Origin: Ranitomeya imitator
Lineage: Eukaryota
Direction of reading: 5' to 3'
DNA length: 64,000 bases
Assembly (NCBI RefSeq): GCF_032444005.1
Contig: NC_091287.1
Coordinates: 441,812,001 to 441,876,000, forward strand
This document shows positions 46,465-61,027 of the stretch, one piece after another; position 1 is the first letter of the stretch, and every line of letters begins with the position of its first letter. Both the position numbers and the translations under genes were made by a program. Below the pieces are notes generated by a model. The model was given only the letters and a program-made list of their open reading frames with translations, made no database searches and had not been told where the DNA came from.

Positions 46465-48929
46465 CCCCTTCACCCCCGGAGCTTTTTTCGTTTTTTGCTC
46501 CCCTTCTTCCCAGAGCCATAACTTTTTCTATTTTTCCGTCACTATGGCCATGTGAAGGCTTATGTTTTGCGGGATGAGTTGTACTTTTGAACGACATCAT
46601 TGGTTTTACCATGTCGTGTACTAGAAAACGGGAAAAAAATTCCAAGTGTGGTGAAATTGCAAAAAAAAGTGCAATCCCACACTTGTTTTTTGTTTGGCTT
46701 TTTTTGCTAGGTTCACTAAATGCTAAAACTGACCTGATATTATGATTCCACAGGTCATTATGAGTTCATAGACACCTAACATGACTAGGTTATTTTTTAT
46801 CTAAGTGGTAAAAAAAATTCCAAACTTTGCTAAAAAAAAAAATTGCACAATTTTCCGATACCCATAGCATCTCCATTTTTTGTGATCTGGGGTCGGGTGA
46901 GAGCTGATTTTTTGCGTGCTGAGCTGACATTTTTAATGATACCATTTTGGTTCCGATACGTTCTTTTGATCGCCCGTTATTGCATTTTAACCCCTTTTTG
47001 ACCACGGACGGGATAGTACGTCCGAGGTCAGAAGCCCCGCTTTGATGCAGGCCCGGCGGTGAGCCCGCATCAAAGCCTGGACATGTCATCTGTTTTGAAC
47101 AGCTGACATGTGCCCGTAATAGGCGCGGGCAGAATCGCGATGTGCCCGCGCCTATTAACTAGTTAAATGCCGCTGTCAAATGCAGACAGCGGCAGTTAAC
47201 TACCGCTTCCTGCCGGGCGGCCGGAAATGATCGCGTCGCCGACCCCCGTCACATGATCGGAGGTCGGCGATGCTTCTGAATAGTAACCATAGAGGTCCTT
47301 GAGACCTCTATGGTTACTGATCGCCGGTAGCTGTGAGCGCCACCCTGTGGTCGGCGCTCACAGCACACCTGATTTTCTGCTACATAGCAGCGAACATAAG
47401 ATCGCTGCTATGTAGCAGAGGCGATCGCATTGTGCCTGCTTCTAGCCTCCCATGGAGGCTATTGAAGCATGGCAAAAGTAAAAAAAAAATGTGAAAAAAA
47501 TATAAAAGTTTAAATCACCCCCCTTCGCCCCATTCAAAATAAATCAATTAAAAAAAAATCGAACCTACACATATTTGGTATTGCCGCGTTCAGAATCGCC
47601 TGACCTATCAATAAAAAAAGCATTAACCTGATCGCTAAACGGCGTAGCGAGAAAAAAATTCAAAACGCCAGAATTACGTTTTTTTGGTCGACGCGACATT
47701 AAATTAAAATGCAATAACGGGCGATCAAAAGAACGTAGGTGCACCAAAATGCTATAATTAAAAATGCCAGCTCGGCACGCAAAAAATAAGCCCTCACCCG
47801 ACCCCAGATCACGAAAAATGGAGACGCTACGGGTATCGGAAAATGGCACAATTATTTTTTTTTAGCAAAGTTTGGAATTTGTTTTCACCACTTAGATAAA
47901 AAATAACCTAGACATGTTTGGTGTCTATGAACTCGTAATGACCTGGAGAATCATAATGGCAGGTCAGTTTTAGCATTTAGTCAACCTAGCAAAAAAGCCA
48001 AGCAAAAAACAAGTGTGGGATTGCACTTTTTGTGCAATTTCACCGCACTTGGAATTTTTTTCCCGTTTAGTAGTACACAACATGGTAAAACCAATGATGT
48101 CGTTCAAAAGTACAACTCGTCCCGCAAAAAATAAGCCCTCACATGGACAAATTGACGGAAAAATAAAAAAGTTATGGCTCTGGGAAGGAGGGGAGTGAAA
48201 AACGAACACGGAAAAACGGAAAATCCCAAGGTCATGAAGGAGTTAATGCAATGTTGCGGCGACCAAAAAAAACAATTCTGGCGTTTCAAATTTTTTTCTC
48301 AATATGCCGTTTAGCGATCAAGTTAGTACGTTTTTTATTGATCGGGCGATTCTGAACGCGGCGATGCTAAATATGTGTATATTTGATTTGTTTTTATTGT
48401 TTTATTTTGAATGGGGCGAAGGGGGGGTGATTTAATCTTTTTTATATGTTTTTTATTTTTTTCATATCTTTCAAAACATTTTTTTTTTGCTTTTGCCATG
48501 CTTCAATGGACTCCATGGGAGGCTAGAAGCTGCCACAACTTGATCGGCTTAGCTACATAGGAGTGATCTATGCTTCGCTCCTATGTAGTAGAATTACTGC
48601 ATTGCTATGAGCGCCGACCACAAGGTGGCGCTCACAGCAATCCGGCATCAACAACCATAGAGGTCTCAATGAGACCTCTGGTTGTCATGGCAACGCATCG
48701 CTGACCCCCGATCACATGACGGGGTCAGCGATGCGCGCATTTCCGTCCGGAAGCGCTAGTTAAATGCCGCTGTCAGCGTTTGACAGCGGCATTTAACTAG
48801 TTAATAGTGGCGGGTGAATCGTGATTCCACCTAACAAGTCGCAGCTTTGATGCGGCTCAACGCCGGAGCCCACATCAAAGCAGTGGATCTGACCTCGGAC
48901 GTACTCTTCCGTCCGATGGCAGAAAGGGG
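46465..48929 (-). mobile_element. Non-autonomous piggyBac-like element (outer copy)
   Basis: TTAA|cccctt...aagggg|TTAA at 46461-46464 and 48930-48933. Confidence 0.8.
46991..48242 (+). mobile_element. Same-family piggyBac-like element nested in opposite orientation
   Basis: TTAA at 46987-46990 and 48243-48246; 48000-48200 is the reverse complement of ~46500-46700. Confidence 0.8.
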
Positions 48930-49056
48930 TTAATAGTAGTAATACCACAACATATGCTTAGACGGATACAATATGGATCATATACAAAATCACTTAATAC
49001 CATAAAATGTCAATTCCTATAATAAAGTGCTATTTACATAGTAACATAGTTATTAA

Positions 49057-50810
49057 CCCCTTTACCCCTGAGGGTGGTGTGCACGTTAATGACCGGGCCA
49101 ATTTTTACAATTCTGACCACTGTCCCTTCATGAGGTTATAACTCTGGAACGCTTCAAGATGGCCTTGTGCAGGCATGTACTATGGAGGACAGAGAATGAA
49201 CTTAAATCCAATATTGCAGCCAGCATGCCGCCAGCAGGTAAGGAAAGGGTGAATCAAACACCCAAAAACCCCGCCTCCATGGCTGAAGATTGTTCCCTCC
49301 AAATTCAGGAGACAGTGTCCCTTTAACCCTAGCCCTAACCCTAGCGCTAGCCCTAATGGGAAAATGGAAATAAATACATTTTTTTAATTTTTCCCTAACT
49401 AAGGGGAAGATGAAGGGGGATTTGATTTACTTTTATAGCGGGTTTTTTAGCGGATTTTTATGATTGGCAGCCGTCACACACTGAAAGACGCTTTTTATTG
49501 CAAAAAATATTTTTTGCGTTACCACATTTTGAGAGCTATAATTTTTCCATATTTGAGTCCACAGAGTCATGTGAGGTCTTGTTTTTTGCGGGACGAGTTG
49601 ACGTTTTTATTGGTAACATTTTTGGGCACGTGACATTTTTTGATCGCTTTTTATTCCGATTTTTGTGAGGCAGAATGACCGAAAACCAGCTATTCATGAA
49701 TTTCTTTTGGGGGAGGCGTTTATACCGTTCCGCGTTTGGTAAAATGGATAAAGCAGTTTTATTCTTTAGTTCAGTACGATGACAGCGACACCTCATTTAT
49801 ATCATTTTTTTATGTTTTGGCGCTTTTATACAATAAAAACTATTTTATAGAAAAAATAATTATTTTGGCATCGCTTTATTCTGAGGAGTATAACTTTTTT
49901 ATTTTTTTGGTGATGATGCTGTATGGCGGCTCGTTTTTTGCGGGACAAGATGACGTTTTCAGCGGTACCATGGTTATTTATAAATGTCTTTTTGATCGCG
50001 TGTTTTTCCATTTTTTGTTCGGCGGTATGATAAAGCGTTGTTTTTTGCCTCTTTTTTTTTTCTTACGGTGTTAACTGAAGGGGTTAACTAGTGGGCCAGT
50101 TTTATAGGTTGGGTCATTATGGACGCGGCGATACTAAATATGTGTACTTTTATTGTTTTTTTTTATTTTATTTAGATAAAGAAATGTATTTATGGGAATA
50201 ATATTTTTTTTTTCATTATTTAGGATTTTTTTTTTTTTTTACACATTTGGAAAAAATTTTTTTTTACTTGTTTTACTTTGTCCCGGGGGGGACATCACAG
50301 ATCGGTGATCTGACAGTTTACATAGCACTCTGTCAGATCACCGATCTGACTTGCAGCACTGCAGGCTTCACAGTGCCTGCTCTAAGCAGGCTCTGTGAAG
50401 CCACCTCCCTCCCTGCAGGACCCGGATGCCGCGGCCATCTTGGATCCGGGCCTGGAGCAGGGAGGGAGGTACGGAGACCCTCGCAGAGCAACGCGATCAC
50501 ATCGCATTGCTGCGGGGGGATCAGGGAAGCCCGCAGGGAGCCCCCTCCCTGCGCGATGCTTCCCTGTACCGCCGGCACATTGCGATCATGTTTGATCGCG
50601 GTGTGCCGGGGGTTAATGTGCCGGGGGCGGTCCGTGACCACTCCTGGCACATTGTGCCGGATGTCAGCTGCGATAGGCAGCTGACACCCGGCCGCGATCG
50701 GCCGCGCTCCCCCCGTGAGCGCGGCCGATCGCTATGACGTACTATCCCGTCGAGGGTCAGATAGGCCCAGGGCACCTCGACGGGATAGTACATCTAAGGT
50801 CAGAGAGGGG
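49057..50810 (-). mobile_element. Non-autonomous piggyBac-like element inserted in a CR1 3' tail
   Basis: TTAA at 49053-49056 and 50811-50814. Flanks rejoin as acatagtaacatagttattaaggttgaaggaagac...tccatctagttcaacc, an inverted CR1-type end. Confidence 0.75.
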
Positions 50811-52739
50811 TTAAGGTTGAAGGAAGACTATAAGTCCATCTAGTTCAACCATAGTAGATGGAATTTCAAGAAATCCCATGCCCACTATGCGTCGGTTGAT
50901 CACCCGTGGAGACAGACATGCGGGGCGTCTCTCCATACCTGAGCATGTCAAATTTCACCCATACAATGTATTGGACGTGGTGAATTCGAACGGTTCGGTG
51001 AACAGATGCGGATTCACTTGCGTTTAATAGACGGAAGCAGCAAACATGTCCTGTTTCCAGAGCGCTGCCAGTTCTGGATCATCGGCACATACCCTATATG
51101 GCTAACTGAAGAGTCACATATTTATGCACAACAGGAAACAGAAATAATGCAATAAGACAAGTGACATTAAGCAGAACTATCAGTATGGGAAGGGAAGAAC
51201 CAGTTGTGGCCATACATTTTGGAACAGTTCACAGATAAGGAGTGTGAAAGTTTTATTGCCCTGTGACTAATGTTTGGTCCATTTGGGGGCATCAAAATCA
51301 TGGACCAAACGTTAATTGCAGGACACCCTCAAGGTGCTGAAAACCACATTCAAGAAGTGTATTAACCCTTTAGGTGCTTCACAGGAATGAATGGATTGTG
51401 GAAGGAAAAAATGAACATTTAATTTAAAGCCAACATTTGTTGTGCAATTTCTCTTGACGCTGATACCCCATGTGTGGGGAACACCACTAGGCGCACGGCA
51501 GGAATTGAGAACAGAATCCATGATGTTTGGAGAGCCCCTGATGTGTCTGAACAGTGGAAACCCCCCCAAAAGTGACTCCAGTTTGGAAACTAGACCCCCT
51601 CAATATACTTATCTAGCTGTATATTGAGAACCTTCAACCTCCCCCAGGTGTTTCACAAAAGTTTATAACGTAGAGCCGTGAAAATAAAAATAATATTTTT
51701 TCCATAAAAAATATCTTTTAGCCACAAAGTTTTTATTTTCAAAAGGTTAACAGGAAAAAATGGACACCAAAATTTCTTGTGGAATTTGTCCTGAGTATGC
51801 CGATACCTCATATGTGGGGGAAAACCACTGTTTGGGTGCATGGCAGGGCTAGGAAGGTAAGGAGCGCCATTTGACTTTTTTAACACAAAATTGGGTGCAA
51901 TTGAGAGCAACAACAATTTTATTATGCAAAAGAAAGACGCTACATCCCTACCTGTAGAGCTACTCTGTACTAACTTTTTTTTCTAAAAGGAAATTGGCTT
52001 TCACTAACAGTGTGACGTCTGCTACTCTAATGCACTACCTCGCTATCTATGAAACTGCACTGTACTAACTGCTATTATTTTTTTCCAAAAAAATAAATCT
52101 GATGTCACTTACACTGCGATGTGCTTTACTCAAGCTAACTAAAAAAAGAAAAAAATCCCTTGGTGCAGACTCTGATCAGCAGCGATACTGATCAGTGCAC
52201 TGTGGCAACAGGAAGAGCACGAATGCACAGGGCAGGACGCAGCGCACTATACTGATTAAAATAATACCTTGGTTGATGAAATCTGTCTTGTTGTTTCTTA
52301 ATCTTTATTTTCAGTTTTGTGTTAATGAGATTCTTGTGCCCTAAGGTGGGGTTGGTGTATTTGGTGCTCTGATTCGGTATTCATAATGCAGACTGCTGAC
52401 AGGTCACTGATCCCTCACTGACCTGCCCCCTAGTTTGCATAATGAACACCATTACATACTGAATAAAAAAAATTCTTCTGCGGGCAGGTATCGGCCGTGG
52501 CACCTGCACTGCAACATAATCGCATGGTTATTGTGCACGTAATCCCTTTTTTCGGATTTACTTGAGTGAGTAAAAAAAAGTCATTTTGAATATGGCGCAC
52601 GGGGCTCCTACGCAGTAGCAGCTATAGGCTTGTATAGATATTGAGGGGTGTAGTTTCCAAAATAGGGTCGGTACTTGAAGGTTTCTGCTATGTAGGCACT
52701 TTGGGGGCTCGTCAAATGCGACATGGTGTCTGCAATCTA

Positions 52740-54359
52740 CAGGGTGAGCCATTTATATGGATATACCTACATAAAATGGGAATGGTTGGTGATATCAACT
52801 TCCTGTTTGTGGCGCATTAGTATATGGGAGGGGGAAAACTTCAAGATGGATGGTGACCATGGCGGCCATTTTGAAGTCGGCCATTTTGATCCAACTTTAT
52901 TTTTTTCAATGGGAAGAGGGTCATGTGACATCAAATTTATTGAGAATTTCACAAGAAAAACAATAGTGTGCTTGATTTTAACGTAACTTTATTCTTTCAT
53001 GAGTTATTTACAAGTTTCTCTTTGTTTACAGCCATTGACATGTCGCAGAGGTTAACACGTGAGGAGCGGATAGAAATTGTGTTGATTTCTGGTGAACGCA
53101 GTACCCGGGTCATTGCAGCAGATTTCAGTGCAAAGCACCCTACAAGACTACCCATCTCCCATGCTACAGTTAGCAAACTGCTTGCCAAATTTCATGAAAC
53201 TGATTCAGTGTTGGATTTGCCAAAATGTGGACGCAAGAAAACTGTCACTATTGGAGAAACATCATTGGCTGTCCTAGCTTCATACAGCAAGAGCCCACAG
53301 CGTAGCAGTCACTGCGTGTCACTGGAGTGGCATCAGTCGAAAATCCCTTCGGCGGATATTAGCTGATCACAAATGGCACCCTTACAGAATCCAGCTGCTG
53401 CAGCATCTCAACGAGGATGACCCAGATCGGCGAGCTGAATTTGCAGAATGGACAAAACAAAAATTGGAACAGGTCCCTCAGTTTACACGGAACATTATGT
53501 TCAGTGATGAGGCAAACTTTTTTGTGAATGGTGAAGTTAACAAACAAAACCACTGCTATTGGTCTGACACTAACCCACAGGGGATAGATCCCTCCAAGAC
53601 TGTTGGAACACAAAAATTGATGGTATGGTGTCATTCTTCATCAATGGAAACCTCAATGCCACTAGATATCTGAAATTGCTACATGATGATGTGTTGCCCT
53701 ATTTATGCACTGAAAATGGCATGTTCCCTGAGTTTTTCCAGCAAGATGGTGCACCGCCACAATATGGATGTGAGGTCCGAGTATTCCTACATGAACAGTT
53801 TCCTGGAAAGTGGATTGGTCATCGTGGGCCAGTTGAATGGCCTCCAAGGTCTCCCGATCTGACCTCATTAGACTTTTATCTTTGGGGTCATCTGAAGGCA
53901 ATTGTCTGTGCTGTGAAGATACGAGATGTGCAGCATCTGAAATAATGGATACTGGAAGCCTGTGCTAGCATTTATTCTGTGATGATGCTATCAGTGTGTC
54001 AAGAGTGGGAGAAGAGGATTGCATTGTCAATCCAACACAATGGGCAGCACTTTGAACACATTTTATAAGTGGTCATAAACTTGTAAATAACTCATGAAAT
54101 AATGCAGTTATGTTAAAACCAAACACACCATTGTTTTTCTTGTGAAATTCTCAATAAGTTAGATGTGTCACATGACCCCTTTCCCATTGGAAAAAATAAA
54201 GTTGGATCAAAAATGGCCGACTTGAAAATGGCCTCCATGGTAATCAACCATCTTGAAAAGTTTTCCCCCTCCCACATACTAATGTGCCACAAACAGGAAG
54301 TTGATATCACCAACCATTACCATTTTATTTAGGGCTGTCCATATATATGGCTCACCCTG
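52740..54359 (+). mobile_element. Tc1/mariner DD41D-type transposon, degenerate transposase ~53040-54068
   Basis: TA|cagggtgagcc...ggctcaccctg|TA; ~280-bp TIRs; FSDEA, QQDGAP and WPPRSPDLTSLD with 41 residues between the last two catalytic Asp; stops and frameshifts present. Confidence 0.9.
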
Positions 54360-55256
54360 TATTCCAGACAAATTTGCATACTCATGAGAAATTGTACAAT
54401 TTTCTCCTGCTACCTTGTCAAAATTATTTATTTTGGGATAAAGCAACATTTACCCTTATCAGAAAGTTCCTATCTTCTAATATTAAAACCTCACCTTATG
54501 GCAGCTGACCTCAATGTAGATGAGAGCAGACCAGGACCAGAGCCTGACTGTTTCAGACACCAGCCCATGGGAAGCTATATAAGTGATGTGCCTTGCTCAA
54601 AAAAAGGGGGGGGGGGTGCATTTTAATAAATCAGCCAGAATATAAATTAATAAGATAATTTTCATAAGCACAAATCATACTGACCTCAATTTAAAACCAT
54701 CATGAAGAAAAATATGTCTTGGAAAACTTTCTCAGACTCACTTTGGTCTGAAGTATTCTAGAGTTATTACCCCATAAAGTGACATACAGTATATCAGATT
54801 TGAAAATCGTCGCTTGGTCATTAACGCCAAAAGTGACTCAATCCTTAAGGGGGTTAATCTATTGGGTAATCACTTTAGCGATTAGCTGTGATTTGTAAAA
54901 CATATGAAAGTATTCTTTTTAATTAATGGCATATGTTTTTTTTTCTTGATCAGGTGGAAGACAAAATGATGGGATCACTCAGAGTTAAAAAAAAAAAAGT
55001 TGGTATAAAAATTAGTGAAAAATAAACTGAAAACAAATTTTTATACACCTCACCAAGCCGTTCAACTTGTCCTATTGAAAGATCACTTGGGCTCAATAAT
55101 AAAATAGTTAGATGAAACAAAGGAAAGGATTATTTAACTTCTTCGAGATGGACATTCAGCACAGAATGTATCAAAATATGGAACAAAATGAAAAGTTCTT
55201 GCTTCATTCAGTCCGTGTCTTGCGCTCTCTGTGAGCCAAATTATGAGCCTAGTTTA

Positions 55257-55566
55257 GGCTACGTTCACATTTGCCTTGTGCGGGGCTGCGTCGGCGACGC
55301 AACGCACAACGCAAACAAAAACGCATGCAAAACGCATTGTTTTGTGACGCATGCGTCCTTTTTTGGCATGATTTTGGATGCAAAAAAAATGCAACTTGCT
55401 GCGTCCTTTGCGCCCTGACGCTTGCGCCAAAAAAAGACGCATGCGTCACAAAACGCAAGACAACGCATGTCCATGCGCCCCCATGTTAAATATAGGGGCG
55501 CATGACGCATGCTTCGCCGCGGCTGCGCCCGACGCAGCCCCACAAAACGCTAATGTGAACGTACCC
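55257..55566. mobile_element. Harbinger-like palindromic MITE
   Basis: TTA|ggctacgttcacatt...aatgtgaacgtaccc|TAA; a related partial copy starts at ~6862. Confidence 0.8.
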
Positions 55567-55584
55567 TAATAAATAACAGGTAAA

Positions 55585-55795
55585 GTCAGCTTACCGAGCC
55601 TTCTGAGGATTCCCATATATCACCCACCACCTTGCACGGATCTGGAGGAGCAGTCCAATGTAGTAGTCATGAAAAAAGAGGAATAATCCAGCAATAGGGC
55701 GTGGGTGAGCGAAAAAATATTTTTTATTATTCCATGCTTAAAATATCAATCCATATATGTCAATTGTCAAGCACGCAATCTACGCGTTTCGACAT
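55585..55795 (-). mobile_element. Possible truncated Penelope pLTR fragment
   Basis: Ends ctacgcgtttcgac (stem III/GAAA half of the motif) without the CUGANGA half. Confidence 0.35.
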
Positions 55796-55983
55796 AAAGA
55801 ACAAACAATAATTGCAGAATTGTGCATTTTACACCGTTTTATCACAATTGGAATTTTTTCCCAAGTTTTGCCGTACATCACATGATAAAATTGATTATAA
55901 AATTCAAAAGTACAACTTAGTCCATCAAAAGACAAGCCCTCGTATGGCCCTCATATGGCACGCCGCATTGATGCAGTCATTTC

Positions 55984-56289
55984 TGCCAAAGGATTCCCGA
56001 CCAAGTATTGAGTGCATAACTGAACATTATTATTTGATGGTTTTTTTGTTTGTTATTAAAAAACACTTTTATTTGATTGGATGGGTGAAATATGCTAATT
56101 TATTGAGACAGGTTTTTTGGGTTATCAGGAGTTGTATGCCAAAATCATCAGTATTAAAACAATAAAAGACCTGACAAATTTCAGTTGGTGGATAATGAAT
56201 CTATAATATATGAAAGTTTAATTGTAATCATTACATTATGGTAAATAATGAAATGTAACACTATATGCTAATATTTTGAGAAGGACCTG
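55984..56289. mobile_element. Tc1-like terminal fragment
   Basis: Ends aatattttgagaaggacctg|TA, sharing the TA with the next element. Confidence 0.5.
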
Positions 56290-56291
56290 TA

Positions 56292-57781
<1,490 letters not shown>

Positions 57782-57847
57782 TACACAGTATATATATATA
57801 TATATATATATATACTGTATTTGTAAGATGGCCGCCGGACAGTTCCT

Positions 57848-58298
57848 TGAGGGGAGATATGTATCATTGTGGTTGGTAGATTCAGTGATGTGAGCTCAGA
57901 AAGCATGCTCCAGCACATATAGTGCTGAGAGAGTTATAAGGCCGTTACAGGGCCAGGTTTTATGAGCAGTCAAAAGAGATGGGAATGACTGCTGACATAT
58001 CCCCACCACAGGGGCATAGTTTGGCAGATAAAATTGAGAACAAGTGTCTCATTCAGTGTCTGGGTCTGGAGATGTGTTGGTCTGTACTAAGGCCTAAAGA
58101 AAAGGACACTGAGTGAGTGGACTCCCTATATTGTATGGACTTTTTACTTTGTGTTTTCAATTTGTGACGGAAAAGGCTGTTCTTTTGCTTGCTTCCCTGA
58201 GCGGTTTATGCAGTCTTAATAAACCTGTCTGGACATTTCAGTAATACCACGTTCTGTACCTACCTCAACCGCAGCTGAGTGAGTACAAACCTCTACTA
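57848..58298 (+). mobile_element. LTR-element remnant (PPT plus 3' LTR)
   Basis: gagggggagata followed by tgtatca...; AATAAA near 58219; abuts the Tc1 element. Confidence 0.45.
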
Positions 58299-58300
58299 TA

Positions 58301-59927
58301 CCATACAGACCAAAAGTTTGGACACACCTCATTTAAAGATTTTTCAGTATTTTCATGACTATGAAAATTGCACATTCACACTGAAGGCATCAAAACTAAG
58401 AATTAACACATGTGGAATTATATACTTAACAAAAAAAGTGTGAAACAACTGAAATTATGTCTTATATTCTAGGTTCTTCAAAGTAGCCACCTTTTGCTTT
58501 GATGACTGCTTTGCACACTCTTGGCATTCTCGTGATGAGCTTCAAGAGGTAGTCACCGGGAATGGTCTTCCAACAATCTTGAAGGAGTTTCCAGAGATTT
58601 TTAGCACTTGTTGGCCCTTTTGCCTTCACTCTACGGTCCAGCTCACCCCAAACCATCTTGATTCGGTTCAGGTCTGGTGACGGTGGAAGCCAGGTCATCT
58701 GGTGTAGCACCCCATCACTCTCCTTCTTGGTCAAATAGCCCTTACACAGCTTGGAGGTGTGTTTGGGGTCATTGTCCTGTTGAAAAAAAAAATTATGGTC
58801 CAACTAAACGCAAACTGGATGGAATAGCATGCCACTGCAAGATGCTGTGGTAGCCATGCTGGTTCAGTATGCCTTCAATTTTGAATAAATCCCCAACAGT
58901 GTCACCAGCAAAGCACCCCCACACCATCACACCTCCTCCATGCTTCACGGAGGGAACCAGGCATGTAGAGTTCATCTGTTCACCTTTTCTGTGTCGCACA
59001 AAGACATGGTGGTTGGATCCAAAGGTCTCAAAATTTGGACTCATCAGACCAAAGCACAGATTTCCACTGGTCTAATGTCCATTCCTTGTGTTCTTTAGCC
59101 CAAACAAGTCTCTTCTGCTTGTTGCCTGTCCTTAGCAGTGGTTTCCTAGCAGCTATTTTACCATGAAGGCCTGCTGCACAAAGTCTCCTCTTAACAGTTG
59201 TTGTAGAGATGTGTCTGCTGCTAGAACTCTGTGTGGCATTGACCTGGTCTCTAATCTGAGCTGCTGTTAACCTGCGATTTTTGAGGCTGGTGACTTGAAT
59301 AAACTTATCCCCAGAAGCAGAGGTGACTCTTGGTCTTCCTTTCCTGGGGCGGTCCTCATGTGAGCCAGTTTCTTTGTAGCGCTTGATGGTTGCAGTTGCC
59401 ACTGCACTTGGGGACACTTTCAAAGTTTTCCCAATTTTTCGCACTGACTGACCTTCATTTCTTAAAGTAATGATGACCACTCGTTTTTCTTTACTTAGCT
59501 GCTTTTTTCTTGCCATAATACAAATTTTAACAGTCTATTCAGTAGGACTATCAGCTGTGTATCCACCAGACTTCTGCACAACACAACTGATGGTCTCAAT
59601 CCCATTTATAAGGCAAGAAATCCCACTTATTAAACCTGACAGGGCACACCTGCGAAGTAAAAACCATTCCCGGTGACTACCTCTTGAACCTCATCAAGAG
59701 AATGCCAAGAGTGTCCAAAGCAGTCATCAAAGCAAAAGGTGGCTACTTTGAAGAACCTAGAATATAAGACATAGTTTCAGTTGTTTCACACTTTTTTAAG
59801 TATATAATTCCACATGTGTTAATTCATAGTTTTGATGCCTTCAGTGTGAATGTACAATTTTCATAGTCATGAAAATACAGAAAATTCTTTAAATGAGAAG
59901 GTGTGTCCAAACTTTTGGTCTGTACTG
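58301..59927 (-). mobile_element. Tc1-like DD38E-type transposon, transposase split across three frames (59516-58462)
   Basis: TA flanks; ~265-bp TIRs; MARKKQLSKEKR HTH start, WSDESKF, VMVWGCF, QQDNDPKH; 38 residues to the SPDLNRI(K) position, where the catalytic Glu reads Lys. Confidence 0.9.
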
Positions 59928-61027
59928 TATATATTCTATATACAGTCATTGCCAATAGTGTTGGCACCCTTGAAATTGTATATCTACAAATATATACAGG
60001 GTATTTCTGTATCTAGGGTCAGCTGTGGAGTTAATTTGGTACCTGTCATGGGTTTACCGCAAACCAGAGGACCGCAACGTCTGATTTCTGCTACTTCTGC
60101 ACTGTTTAGAAGCATTTCACCTTCATAATAAATGGTGCAGGTGTCTTTTAGCAGTGCAAAGGTTAATCAGCTCTTGGAAACTTTCATGCATTAAGACTCT
60201 CAGCTGTTCACTGTTGACCACTCCCCACCTATATATTCTGGGTCCTGACAAGCACTCATTGTCAGACTAGCTTCATGCTTCATGGTTAGGACATGGTGGT
60301 TTGTTGTTGTTTGAGAAGGAGTTTGGTGGATTTATCTGAGTCTGTTTCTAGGTTTTGCTTGTGTGCTAATTTCCCCTCCTTGTCCTACTTTGGTTTTACC
60401 CCATCCTCCACTCTCTGATGTTTACATCTGTTGTTTATGTGAGTATATTTTTCTTTATAAAAAAGGGGGAGAAGCCAGAGCTGCTTATGGTCAGAACGCA
60501 ATACATAAAGTGCACATGCATATATTGATTTCTAACTGTATTTCAAAATGAGAAATTTAGCAAACAATTGATCAATTCTTTGAGCCACCCCGCCAAGCCA
60601 AGGCATTCTCATAATGGGGCAGTCCTACTCTACGTTTTTTATATTCACTGTGCCATTATGGCCTCCTACATGTATTAAAAGCAAGACCACATTAAATGCA
60701 AACTGTACCTGAAGCATTTGTGAATCATCCCCATGGCGCCGGAAAGGGCAAGCTCAGATAAAGGTTGACCAGGTCTGGACATAGACATTTCAGGTACAAC
60801 CTCCACACTGCCCAACCAGCACCACAGATGAAGGGTGAGACAGGCTTGGACACAGGTGCACAATCAAACAGAGCCTGGGGCAGGGCAGGGCTGCTGTATG
60901 TGTGTACAGCAGCCTAGGTCAATCACAAAAAACACAGAAAGAATGGCGTACATAACCCAGCACGCACGGCAACAGTGGTGATCAGCCACAAACCAATATC
61001 AAAATGAAAAAGGGGGAGAAGCCAGCT

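Noticed and set aside
49279-49290. ATGGCTGAAGAT, identical to the start of mammalian ASPH exon 1a
   Set aside because: Wrong strand, upstream of the promoter, inside a MITE fragment, no donor site.
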